From NCBI GenBank assembly GCA_900542185.1, contig UQMZ01000001.1, positions 65,035-129,034 of the forward strand: a DNA stretch of 64,000 nt, given 5' to 3'. The translations under genes were made by a program, and so were the position numbers. Of the stretch, positions 32,863 to 41,868 are shown one piece after another. The stretch comes from an uncultured Bacteroidales bacterium (GTDB lineage: Bacteria; Bacteroidota; Bacteroidia; Bacteroidales; Muribaculaceae). A model generated the notes under the pieces. It was given only the letters and a program-made list of their open reading frames with translations. It had not been told where the DNA came from and did not search any database. Numbering within the stretch: the first letter of the stretch is position 1; every line of letters starts with the position of its first letter.

Positions 32863-35757
32863 ATGGCAATCCCAACATCTATGATTTCCTTAAAATATAA
32901 AAAATGTATCGTGACGTTAGCCTTTGCTATATTGGCGTATTATTCCGTCATGAGGGCTGTCAATAGTTCGCAGGTCGTTATTCCACGCGGTTTGACAGAA
33001 CTGAGCAACAGCCATATTGATGACATAGCGCAAGATAGCATAGGCTTTATGTGGTTTGCAACCCCTACAGGGTTGTTCCGTTACGACGGTTATGCATTAA
33101 AGTCATACCACACTTCTGATGGAGATGTTGCATACCAAGGCTTCAAGAAGCTTGATAAAGATGGAGCTGGTAATCTATGGATACAGACATACGACAGAAT
33201 ATTTCTATATGATTATACCCGGGATTGTCTTGTTCCGCAAACCGACACTTTATTATTAAAGATTGGAATAAGATCTGACGCCGGGAAATTATCGGTGGAT
33301 CAAGACGGAGGAGTATGGATGGTGGGAAATGGAGTGCTGACATATATCGACTATAAGAAAGGGAAGTCGAGGTCAAGGGAATTCAAGAGTAAACACAACA
33401 TTGTCAGTGTGGCGGCAAGAGGCAAATGGAAGATAGCGCTGTCGCAACAGGGATATCTGTTCAATATGGGGAATAATGGTATTCCGGCATTAATGGCATT
33501 CAAATACAAGGCCTCGAACAGTGATTCAGATGTGTCCATGTTTATTGACAAACAGCAACGGCTATGGATAATTGATGCTGCAGGCAGTGTTCCATACACC
33601 TGTATATCCTTGGTAACCGGGAATCCGGTGGACATATCTCCGGTCAGACGGTTAATCGGTTCGGACCATATCAACGCCATCAATGAGGATGAAGCAGGCA
33701 ATATGTGGATTGGTACTGATCAGAAAGGAGTAATAGTCATGGATAAGGGAGGAGAGTGTAAGCATCTCACCAAAATACATGGTAACAATTCGTCGTTACC
33801 GTCCGTACATATAGAATGTCTGTATGCATCATCCAACGGCATATGGGTCGGATCAAGCACCGGTGGAATTGCCCTGTTACCTGAGCGTTCGGGGCAAGCG
33901 GAATGCTGCCTGACGAATGAAACTTCAAAAATCCAGATGATTGCCGAGGATAAATTCCATAATATCTGGGTTGCCCATGATAGACAAGGGTTGCGCTGTT
34001 ATGAGCCAGGCAATACGAGTCGTTATTTCACACCTGTAAACAGTGGGCTGCCGAATGAAACCGTCCTGTCATCGGCTATTGATAATAAAGGCCGGATGTG
34101 GTTTTGCAGTTATGGAGGAGGTGTATTCTTTTATGAGAATGGACAGTTCGTAGTGCCGGAAGCAATTAAGCGTTGCGAGGAACTTTCGTTAACCCGTGAC
34201 ATAGCGTTTGATGACAATGGTATCCTATGGATTGCTTCTGAAAAAAACGGCCTATTCTCATTAGACCGGGATGGATTGTTGACAAAATACAGGGACAGAC
34301 ATCAAATAAACACAGATTATCTTACTGCATTGGGATATAATCACGTTACGAGACGGTTGTACATCGGAACATCCATAGGTCTGTATGTATGTGATGTAAA
34401 TACCGGCAATACGAAGCTTGTAAATCTGTACGACCCTCGTTTGTCAAAAATCAGGGCATATCCATGCATATATGACATATATTCCGATAAACGCGGCAAT
34501 ACCTGGATATGCAGTGATAGAGGTGTGGATATCATAAGTGTCAATGGTAAGGTAATGCGTCATGTGGGTTATGCCGACGGCTTGGGGTCGGACAATGCAA
34601 AAAGCATAACCGGCGATGCATCGGGGCGGATATGGATAGGAGGTGAAGGTTGTTATTCCTGCATAACGACAGACAACAAAGGGCTCCCGCAATCTGTGAG
34701 AAGTTTTAAGGGCTATGATGGAGACCGTCCGGTCAATCCTGTAAAAGGTGCGATATCCATGAGCCATGACAACCATATCCTGATGGGATGTGAAGGCCTT
34801 TATCTGAAGATCGATCCCTCGTCGTTGACTGGCATGGATAAGAAAAAATACAATGTTATCTTTACCGACCTAGTTGTCGGGGGAGAGTTCAGAAGGTCGT
34901 TGCATGAATGCAGTGAGGTGCAATTGCAATACAACGATTATTTTACTATTCAAATGTCTGCGCTGACGTTCGATTCTTCGCATTCGGAACGTTTCCGGTA
35001 CCGTTTGTCGAAACAGGACGATTGGGTTTATCTTGGCGACAACACTATGCAGTTCAATAAATTGCATTATGGTACTTACCATCTTGAAGCGCAGGTGCTT
35101 CAGCCTGACGGTACCTATAGCCGTTCATCGTGTCTGAAGCTTGTGATCACTCCGCCATGGTGGTACTCTTACTGGGCAAAATTTTGTTATATTGTAGTGC
35201 TTGTGGTCGGCTTAGTATTAATCATAATGTTTTTGCGTAAGCGACATATAACCGAGATGGAAAGACAAAGGATAGAAATGGAGGATAAAAGCAAACAGGA
35301 TATCGAGGAGGCCCAGATACGCATCCTTACTAATGTCATAGATGACACGTTGCTTAATAAATTCAGCGGCCTTGTCACTGAGCATCTTGATGACATGAAT
35401 TATTCCGTAGACCAACTTAGCCAGGATTTAGGTATGAGTCGCAGTGGCTTGTATAAAAAACTTATGAGTATTACTCAAAAATCGCCCTTGGAGTTGATGC
35501 GATTCATACGGTTGAAGCGCGGTAAGGAAATACTTGACGGAGGTGAAAACAGCATTTCTCAAGTATCTTACCAGGTAGGCCTTTCGCCTAAGCAATTCGC
35601 CAAATACTTTAAACAAGTATATGGCCAATTGCCGTCCGAATACATTAGACAGCGGAATCCTGCCATTTCGGTTTCCGTGAATGAGGCGAGTCCCGAAGAC
35701 ATGAAAATATTATCCGAAACCTGCCAGAATCTCACTCAGGAAAAAGTCATCCGATAA
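32863..35757 (+). CDS. Membrane-anchored one-component regulator: periplasmic Reg_prop beta-propeller plus Y_Y_Y sensor, one transmembrane helix, C-terminal AraC-type HTH; no histidine-kinase or receiver domains (964 aa)
   Basis: A dozen Reg_prop-like repeats (GFMWFATPTGLFRYDG, GNMWIGTDQKGVIVMD, ...). Y_Y_Y segment (YRLSKQDDWVYLGD...YHLEAQV). Transmembrane helix WWYSYWAKFCYIVVLVVGLVLIIMFL. AraC HTH at the C-terminus. Too short to hold the HisKA/HATPase/REC core of a canonical hybrid two-component system. Confidence 0.7.
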   Translation: MAIPTSMISLKYKKCIVTLAFAILAYYSVMRAVNSSQVVIPRGLTELSNSHIDDIAQDSIGFMWFATPTGLFRYDGYALKSYHTSDGDVAYQGFKKLDKDGAGNLWIQTYDRIFLYDYTRDCLVPQTDTLLLKIGIRSDAGKLSVDQDGGVWMVGNGVLTYIDYKKGKSRSREFKSKHNIVSVAARGKWKIALSQQGYLFNMGNNGIPALMAFKYKASNSDSDVSMFIDKQQRLWIIDAAGSVPYTCISLVTGNPVDISPVRRLIGSDHINAINEDEAGNMWIGTDQKGVIVMDKGGECKHLTKIHGNNSSLPSVHIECLYASSNGIWVGSSTGGIALLPERSGQAECCLTNETSKIQMIAEDKFHNIWVAHDRQGLRCYEPGNTSRYFTPVNSGLPNETVLSSAIDNKGRMWFCSYGGGVFFYENGQFVVPEAIKRCEELSLTRDIAFDDNGILWIASEKNGLFSLDRDGLLTKYRDRHQINTDYLTALGYNHVTRRLYIGTSIGLYVCDVNTGNTKLVNLYDPRLSKIRAYPCIYDIYSDKRGNTWICSDRGVDIISVNGKVMRHVGYADGLGSDNAKSITGDASGRIWIGGEGCYSCITTDNKGLPQSVRSFKGYDGDRPVNPVKGAISMSHDNHILMGCEGLYLKIDPSSLTGMDKKKYNVIFTDLVVGGEFRRSLHECSEVQLQYNDYFTIQMSALTFDSSHSERFRYRLSKQDDWVYLGDNTMQFNKLHYGTYHLEAQVLQPDGTYSRSSCLKLVITPPWWYSYWAKFCYIVVLVVGLVLIIMFLRKRHITEMERQRIEMEDKSKQDIEEAQIRILTNVIDDTLLNKFSGLVTEHLDDMNYSVDQLSQDLGMSRSGLYKKLMSITQKSPLELMRFIRLKRGKEILDGGENSISQVSYQVGLSPKQFAKYFKQVYGQLPSEYIRQRNPAISVSVNEASPEDMKILSETCQNLTQEKVIR

Positions 35758-35786
35758 TCAAGTTACGCGCACGTTCTGACCAATGG

Positions 35787-37538
35787 TCAGAGGGCGAGCA
35801 TCTGGTTGAGGGCCTCGAGGTCGGCGAGGTTGCGGGCGCGGTCCTCGGCCACCATCTTGTCGAAGGTCTGGGCGTATTCGCGTATCACGGGCGCGGACTT
35901 GCGCCAGCGGGACGGGGTACGCGCCACGATCCATTCGCGCTCAAGGCGGGGGAATCTGTTGAAGGCTTCGGTAAAAATAGCTTCCATATCGGTGATAGAC
36001 TCGCATTCCAGCACGCGGTTTAGGTCCTGACGGCGCATCAGCAGTCCGGCCACATCGACCCATTCGGCATACTCCTTGTCGGGCTCACGGCCGATAAATC
36101 CGTTGGGCATCTTGATGCTCAGGTATTTGTAGATGCCGAGCTCGTACAGGTATATGGCGCGTTCCAGAGCGGCGCGGGTGAATTTCATGCCTCGGTACCG
36201 GATAACTCGGTCGTCGTCGGCGGGACGTGCCAGCAGGTCGAGAATAACCTGATGGGCTGTCATCATGCTGTCGACGGTCATGGGATTGAGCACGTCGAAT
36301 ATCACGCGGTCATGAAGGGGCATCCTGCGTTTCACGCGCTTGTCGCGCGAGGGCCATTTCTGTTCGTCGCGCAGCAGTCCGCAGCTGCGCAGCATCATGG
36401 CCGGTACCACGACCGTACTGCCGCGTTCGTCGCCGAACAGGTAGGAGAAGGGGAACTGCGATGAGTCTGGGTGCGTCTTGTGCTGGCCCATCAGCAGCGA
36501 GAAGGCTCCGATCTTGGCTCCGAGCATCAGGTAGGAGAGGGAGCTGGTCTTGACGCCGCGCTCCAGCACGCCCCAGTGCACGGGTCCCATCTTGTACATG
36601 TGGTTGCTCTGGTTGGTGCCCGATCCGGCGTTCATGAACGATGTCTGACAGCCTATCAGCAGTGACGACTTGTGCATCGACACGGTATATGGCCCGGCGA
36701 ATACGGCGCAGGCCTCGCCGTTCTCCAGATGGCAGTTGGCGAAGAAAAGGGAGTCGTGGGCGGTAAATCCGTTGGCAATGGTGACGCCCTGGCCGACGAA
36801 GCAGTTGTGGACGATGGCGCCCGAGTCTACGCAGCCGTCCTCGATCACGAAGTTCTCGGCTTGTACGCCGTGGCCTATGTATGCCAGTTCCTTGCCGGTA
36901 GCGGCATTGTTGACGATGGTGCCGTTGCTCAGCGATGCCGCGCCCTCGATACGGACGTTATCGTCGACGTGCACGTTTACGATGGGACCGCAGCCGATGA
37001 TGCGCACGTTCCTGCCGATGGTCTGCGGGGCTGAGAAATTCAGCAGCGGAGTGCTGAGCAGCGGCTGGAGATGATTGGCCGACCATTTGGGCATACGCGC
37101 CATAAGCACGGCTAACTGAGCCGACATGCCGGGGAAGATGGTGACGGGGCGCGACCCCGTCTCGTCCAATACGCTGACCAGGGTGCCGATGCCGCAGCGT
37201 GTCTCCGGCTCGAAGTCGATCAGCTCGGTGTCGATGATCTGCGTGTTGTCGCCGATGGCACAGTTGCGCAGAGCGTTGCCTATGTTGCGTATCAGCACGT
37301 GGTTGCCCACGGTGCAATCCTGCAGGCAGGCGCTGAATATGCCCTCGTCGGCCGTAGCGTCGACGGCGCCTATCGATACGTCGCCGATGAAGCGCGTCCG
37401 GCGTATGGCGCCCAGGGCCGTGGCGTCACAAATTGAAACGCGGCTCCAGTCCGTAGCACTGCAGCCGTTGTGTTCCAGTTCCCGTTGTTCCCACCATTCC
37501 AGCGGGCGGAGTGTCTTGTCTGTGTCTGTCTGACTCAT
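35787..37538 (-). CDS. Left-handed beta-helix (hexapeptide-repeat-like) protein, DUF4954-like, 583 aa
   Basis: Repetitive NV.I.G... hexapeptide-like segments. ATGA overlap with the hflX stop at 37535-37538. Family name is tentative. Confidence 0.5.
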   Translation of the reverse strand: MSQTDTDKTLRPLEWWEQRELEHNGCSATDWSRVSICDATALGAIRRTRFIGDVSIGAVDATADEGIFSACLQDCTVGNHVLIRNIGNALRNCAIGDNTQIIDTELIDFEPETRCGIGTLVSVLDETGSRPVTIFPGMSAQLAVLMARMPKWSANHLQPLLSTPLLNFSAPQTIGRNVRIIGCGPIVNVHVDDNVRIEGAASLSNGTIVNNAATGKELAYIGHGVQAENFVIEDGCVDSGAIVHNCFVGQGVTIANGFTAHDSLFFANCHLENGEACAVFAGPYTVSMHKSSLLIGCQTSFMNAGSGTNQSNHMYKMGPVHWGVLERGVKTSSLSYLMLGAKIGAFSLLMGQHKTHPDSSQFPFSYLFGDERGSTVVVPAMMLRSCGLLRDEQKWPSRDKRVKRRMPLHDRVIFDVLNPMTVDSMMTAHQVILDLLARPADDDRVIRYRGMKFTRAALERAIYLYELGIYKYLSIKMPNGFIGREPDKEYAEWVDVAGLLMRRQDLNRVLECESITDMEAIFTEAFNRFPRLEREWIVARTPSRWRKSAPVIREYAQTFDKMVAEDRARNLADLEALNQMLAL

Positions 37539-38770
37539 GTAGTTTCCTCTAAGTCCTCGTTATCACCATCTTCCGTCTGATCCTCCAGATCTTCGTATTT
37601 CTGATACAGGAAGTCGTTGTACGGGAAGCGTTCGGTATGGATTTCGCGAGCCTTCTCGTATAGTTTCTGCTTCAGCTCCTCGATGTTGAGTTTGTCCTTG
37701 GCCGAGATGAACACACAGTTATTGTCCATTCGTGACATCCAGGTGCGCTGCAGTTCGGGCAGGGATACGTTCTCGCGGGTGGCCGGCGTCAGGTCGTCGG
37801 GATCCTTGGGCGTATAGCTGAAGGCGTCGATCTTGTTGAACACCATTATGACCGGTTTGTCGGACTTGCCGCACACGTCGGCCAGTGTCTTGTTGACCAC
37901 TTCGATCTGTTCCTCGAAATTGGGGTGGCTTATGTCCACCACATGCACCAGAACATCGGCCTCGCGCACTTCGTCGAGGGTGGATTTGAACGATTCCACC
38001 AGGTGCGAGGGGAGTTTGCGGATGAATCCGACGGTGTCGGTGAGCAGGAAGGGGAGGTTTTCGACCACCACCTTGCGTACTGTGGTGTCGAGGGTGGCGA
38101 AAAGCTTGTTTTCGGCAAATACCTCCGACTTGCTGAGCAGGTTCATCAGCGTGGACTTGCCGACATTGGTGTAGCCGACCAGCGCCACGCGGGTGAGTTT
38201 GCCCCGGTTCTTACGCTGCACGGTCTTCTGTCGGTCGATGGCCTGCAGTTCCTCCTTTAGTCGCGAGATACGGTCCAGGATGATACGGCGGTCGGTCTCG
38301 ATCTGCGTTTCGCCGGGTCCGCGCATACCGATACCGCCCCGCTGGCGCTCAAGGTGTGTCCACATCCGCGTGAGTCGTGGCAGAAGGTACTGGTACTGGG
38401 CCAGCTCCACCTGGGTACGCGCCGTGGCGGTCTGTGCGCGCTTGGCGAATATGTCCAGAATCAGGCTGGTACGGTCCAGAATCTTGACCTTCAGCTCCTT
38501 CTCGATGTTGGCCACCTGTTTGGGACTGAGTTCGTCGTCGAAGATGACCAGCTCGATGTCGTTCTCCTCGATGTACAGGCGCAGCTCCTCGAGCTTACCG
38601 GTGCCTACGTATGTGCGCGGGTTGGGGTAATCGAGGCGTTGCGTGAAACGAGCGACGGGCTCGGCTCCGGCCGTATCGGCCAGGAACGCAAGCTCGTCGA
38701 GATATTCTTCGGTCTTGCGCTCGTCCTGCAATCGTGTGACAAGACCCACAAGGACCGTACGTTCGCTCAT
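37535..38770 (-). CDS. hflX: GTPase HflX, 411 aa
   Basis: HflX N-terminal domain plus G-domain motifs (GYTNVGKSTLMN, DTVGFI, NKID). Confidence 0.85.
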   Translation of the reverse strand: MSERTVLVGLVTRLQDERKTEEYLDELAFLADTAGAEPVARFTQRLDYPNPRTYVGTGKLEELRLYIEENDIELVIFDDELSPKQVANIEKELKVKILDRTSLILDIFAKRAQTATARTQVELAQYQYLLPRLTRMWTHLERQRGGIGMRGPGETQIETDRRIILDRISRLKEELQAIDRQKTVQRKNRGKLTRVALVGYTNVGKSTLMNLLSKSEVFAENKLFATLDTTVRKVVVENLPFLLTDTVGFIRKLPSHLVESFKSTLDEVREADVLVHVVDISHPNFEEQIEVVNKTLADVCGKSDKPVIMVFNKIDAFSYTPKDPDDLTPATRENVSLPELQRTWMSRMDNNCVFISAKDKLNIEELKQKLYEKAREIHTERFPYNDFLYQKYEDLEDQTEDGDNEDLEETT

Positions 38771-39369
38771 TTTTTCAGTTTGTTATAACGTGCGTTAAGA
38801 CCCTCTACCACCTCGTCGGTCACGTCAAGAGCGGGATTGATGTAGAGTGTGGCTGCCTTGAAGAATATGGCGTCGTAGCCGCGGCTCTTGTTGTACTCGG
38901 CTATGAAGGCGTTGATCGAGTCGTTTACGTTTTTCTGAGCCTGGAGGGCCTGCTGTTCGAAATTGCTCTGGAGCGTTGCGGCCTGCTTCTGTGCCTCGGC
39001 CTGCATGCTGTTCAGGCTGTTCTGGTCCTGCTCGTAGCTCTCGCGTGTCAGATAGCCGTTGTTGTTCATCTTGTTCTGCATCACGGCTGCCTGCGACTGC
39101 AGTCGTTTCTCATGCGTGCGCATGGTGCTTTCCATCGACGACTGCATGCGCATCATCTCCTCGTTGTAGTCCTTTGCGAGCGCATACTTCGCCAATACTG
39201 TGTCCAAGTCTACATAACGGTAGTTGGGAAGTTCACCTTTGGCTGCGACTTTACTGGTCTTGGCAGCGGGTTTGCTTTCCTGCTTGCTGTCGTTGCATGA
39301 TGCCAGTGTGCCTCCCCCTATCAGCAGCACTGCGGCTGCAATCGCTATGGGTCTGTATAGTTTTTTCAT
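38767..39369 (-). CDS. OmpH/Skp-family periplasmic chaperone (lipoprotein form), 200 aa
   Basis: Lipoprotein signal, long Q/A-rich coiled-coil region, and the C-terminal YNKLKK typical of the OmpH family. ATGA overlap with the hflX start. Confidence 0.65.
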   Translation of the reverse strand: MKKLYRPIAIAAAVLLIGGGTLASCNDSKQESKPAAKTSKVAAKGELPNYRYVDLDTVLAKYALAKDYNEEMMRMQSSMESTMRTHEKRLQSQAAVMQNKMNNNGYLTRESYEQDQNSLNSMQAEAQKQAATLQSNFEQQALQAQKNVNDSINAFIAEYNKSRGYDAIFFKAATLYINPALDVTDEVVEGLNARYNKLKK

Positions 39370-39590
39370 TATGTATGGTTATGTTTTTTTCTTGGCTTGT
39401 TTGCGCGGAGCCGCATGACGGTGCATGGTTTTGGCCCCGTACAGGTTTATCGAGAGCAAAAGTAACGATATTCCTACGATTATGATAACAAGAAACGTTA
39501 ATTTCACTTTTTTTAAGGTTTATATATCCTTGTCAGAGCGCAAAATTAACAAAAAAATGTGAAATTATGCAGATTTCGCAATTATTTTGC

Positions 39591-39598
39591 TAACTTTG
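39591..39598 (+). promoter_or_regulatory. Candidate -7 promoter element TAACTTTG upstream of pepD-1
   Basis: Same TTTTGCTAACTTTG string as upstream of the regulator gene at 32813-32827. About 43 nt upstream of ATG 39641. Confidence 0.35.
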
Positions 39599-39640
39599 GA
39601 GATAAATAAGAGAATATATAATCCCAAAGCACTATAAATT

Positions 39641-41098
39641 ATGGAAGTAAAAGACTTGAAGCCCGAGTTGCTGTGGAAGTGTTTCGACGAGGTTACGAAG
39701 ATACCCCGTCCGTCATGCCACGAGGAGAAGATCCGCGAATTCTTAGTGGACTTCGCCAAGAAGCACGGCATCGAAGTGAAGACCGACAAGACCGGAAACG
39801 TGGTGATGAGCAAGCCTGCCACACCGGGCCACGAGAATGCGCCTACAGTCGTGCTGCAGGCCCACATGGACATGGTGGCCGAGAAGAACAACGGCGTGGA
39901 GCATGATTTCCTGACGGATCCCATCGAGACATACGTTGACGGCGACTGGGTAAAGGCGAAGGGCACCACTCTGGGAGCCGACAACGGCATCGGTGTGGCC
40001 GCAGGCATGGCCGTGATGATCGACAACGATCTGGTGCACGGACCGCTGCAGGCACTGTTCACCGTAAACGAGGAAATAGGCCTTGAGGGCGCGCAGAACA
40101 TCAGCGCCGACATGATAAAGGGCGACATCCTGCTGAACCTCGACTCCGAGGACGACGGCGAGATATTCGTGGGTTGCGCCGGCGGCATCGACACGACAGC
40201 CGACTTCACCTACAAGCGCAGCTACACCCCCGAGAACTTCGAATACATGAAGGTGTCGGTTACCGGCCTGTTGGGCGGACACTCCGGCTCGGACATCAAC
40301 CTGGGCCGCGCCAACGCCAACAAGGTGATAGCCCGCTTCATCTGGGAATGCTCCAAGCAATGGGACATCACCGTGTGCAGCATCGAGGGCGGAAACCTGC
40401 GCAACGCCATTCCGCGCGAGGCATACGCCGTGTTCGGCGTACACTCCGACCACAAGGAGGAACTGAAGCGTAAGCTGAAGAAGTATTATCAGGACATCCT
40501 TGAGGAATACAAGGGCGTCGAGCCGTCGATGGACCTGCGCGTGGAGAAAGCCGAGCGTCCCGAATACTGCATCGACAGCGAGACGTCGATAGCCCTGATC
40601 CGCGCCATCTACAGCGCGCCTCACGGCGTAATTTCGATGAGCCGCGACATCGAGGGGCTGGTGGAGACATCCACCAACTTGGCCGCCGTCAAGGTGATAG
40701 ACGAGAAAACCATCCGCATCACCACCTCGCAGCGCAGCAGCGTGGAGAGCCGCAAGAACGACATAGCCGGACAGGTGGAGGCCCATTTCGAGCTGGCCGG
40801 CGCCAAGGTATATCACAGCGACGGATATCCCGGCTGGGCTCCCAACATGGATTCGAAGATAATGAAGATTACGGCCGACGCATACGAGGAACTGTTCGGC
40901 GTGAAACCTGCCATCAAGGCCATACATGCCGGACTGGAGTGCGGACTTTTCCTCGACAAGTTTCCGCATCTGGACATGGTGAGCTTCGGCCCGACCATGA
41001 CCGGCGTCCATTCGCCCGACGAGCAACTCCTGATCCCGACCGTCGACAAGTTCTGGCGTCACCTGTGCAGGGTGCTGGAAAAAGTGGCCGAGTCATGA
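39641..41098 (+). CDS. pepD: Aminoacyl-histidine (Xaa-His) dipeptidase PepD, M20 family, copy 1 (485 aa)
   Basis: Collinear with E. coli PepD: LW..F..I..IPRPS.HE, PATPGHENAPTVVLQAHMDMV, GTTLGADNGIGVA. Confidence 0.85.
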   Translation: MEVKDLKPELLWKCFDEVTKIPRPSCHEEKIREFLVDFAKKHGIEVKTDKTGNVVMSKPATPGHENAPTVVLQAHMDMVAEKNNGVEHDFLTDPIETYVDGDWVKAKGTTLGADNGIGVAAGMAVMIDNDLVHGPLQALFTVNEEIGLEGAQNISADMIKGDILLNLDSEDDGEIFVGCAGGIDTTADFTYKRSYTPENFEYMKVSVTGLLGGHSGSDINLGRANANKVIARFIWECSKQWDITVCSIEGGNLRNAIPREAYAVFGVHSDHKEELKRKLKKYYQDILEEYKGVEPSMDLRVEKAERPEYCIDSETSIALIRAIYSAPHGVISMSRDIEGLVETSTNLAAVKVIDEKTIRITTSQRSSVESRKNDIAGQVEAHFELAGAKVYHSDGYPGWAPNMDSKIMKITADAYEELFGVKPAIKAIHAGLECGLFLDKFPHLDMVSFGPTMTGVHSPDEQLLIPTVDKFWRHLCRVLEKVAES

Positions 41099-41814
41099 AA
41101 GGCGTTGCTGCGTTGCTGATGATGCTCCTCGTGACGGCAACTGCCGTGGCGGGGGCATCGTGCGACAACGACAGCACGGGGAACGTGACGGGACACCGTG
41201 AGATGCGAGTGCGCGTCGACACGGTGCCCGCAACGGATTCCCTGTCGCGCTATACCGGACTGACGGACGCAGACTTCGAGTCGGTGGCCAGGGAGCTGGA
41301 CGTGGAGGTCGCGGCCATCAAGGCTGTGGTGCTTATAGAGGCCGGCAAGCAGATGAAGGGTTTCTGGGCGCCCGGCGTGCCGGTGGTGAACTTTGACCGC
41401 AGCATGTACAACTCACACCGCCACAAGGCCGTGAACAAGAAAGGCGACAAGAACGCCAAGGTGCCGGCCGGACTGACTGGATATGCCCTGAAGGAATGGA
41501 CTCAGCTCACCAACGCCCGCCGTCAGAACGAGGACGGCGCCAACATGGGCACGTTCTGGGGAATGTTCCAGATAGGGGGCTTCAACTACAAGCTGTGCGG
41601 TTGCGAGACCGTAGGGGAGTTCGTGAAGCTTATGAGCGAATCGGAACTGGAACAGCTCGAACTGTTCGCCGCCTTCATCACCAACACGGGAATGCTTCCC
41701 GACCTCAAGGCCAAGAACTGGGCAGCGTTCGCCCGCAAATACAATGGCGCGAGCTATGCCCGTCGCGGATACCATACCCGTATGGCCAACGCCTACGCCA
41801 AGTTCAAGAAATAA
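41095..41814 (+). CDS. Lipoprotein with N-acetylmuramidase-like (DUF3380/PF11860-type) domain, 239 aa
   Basis: Start MKGVAALLMMLLVTATAVAGASC overlaps the pepD-1 stop (ATGA at 41095-41098). Motifs AIKAVVLIEAGKQMKGF and ARKYNGASYARRGY recall the muramidase family; the assignment is moderate. The ORF track's longer 40939 start is an upstream extension inside pepD. Confidence 0.5.
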   Translation: MKGVAALLMMLLVTATAVAGASCDNDSTGNVTGHREMRVRVDTVPATDSLSRYTGLTDADFESVARELDVEVAAIKAVVLIEAGKQMKGFWAPGVPVVNFDRSMYNSHRHKAVNKKGDKNAKVPAGLTGYALKEWTQLTNARRQNEDGANMGTFWGMFQIGGFNYKLCGCETVGEFVKLMSESELEQLELFAAFITNTGMLPDLKAKNWAAFARKYNGASYARRGYHTRMANAYAKFKK

Positions 41815-41868
41815 TGACGGGCTATTGACATCATGATGACGGTCTCAATCTTATAATAAAGGAGGACT

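Noticed and set aside
39743-41062. 439-aa minus-strand ORF
   Set aside because: Entirely antisense to pepD-1. Arg/Gly/Ala/His-rich composition typical of GC-rich antisense frames. pepD is unambiguous.
40939-41814. Longer 291-aa version of the muramidase-like ORF
   Set aside because: The upstream extension lies inside pepD-1 in another frame. The internal ATG at 41095 gives a proper lipoprotein signal peptide and an ATGA overlap.
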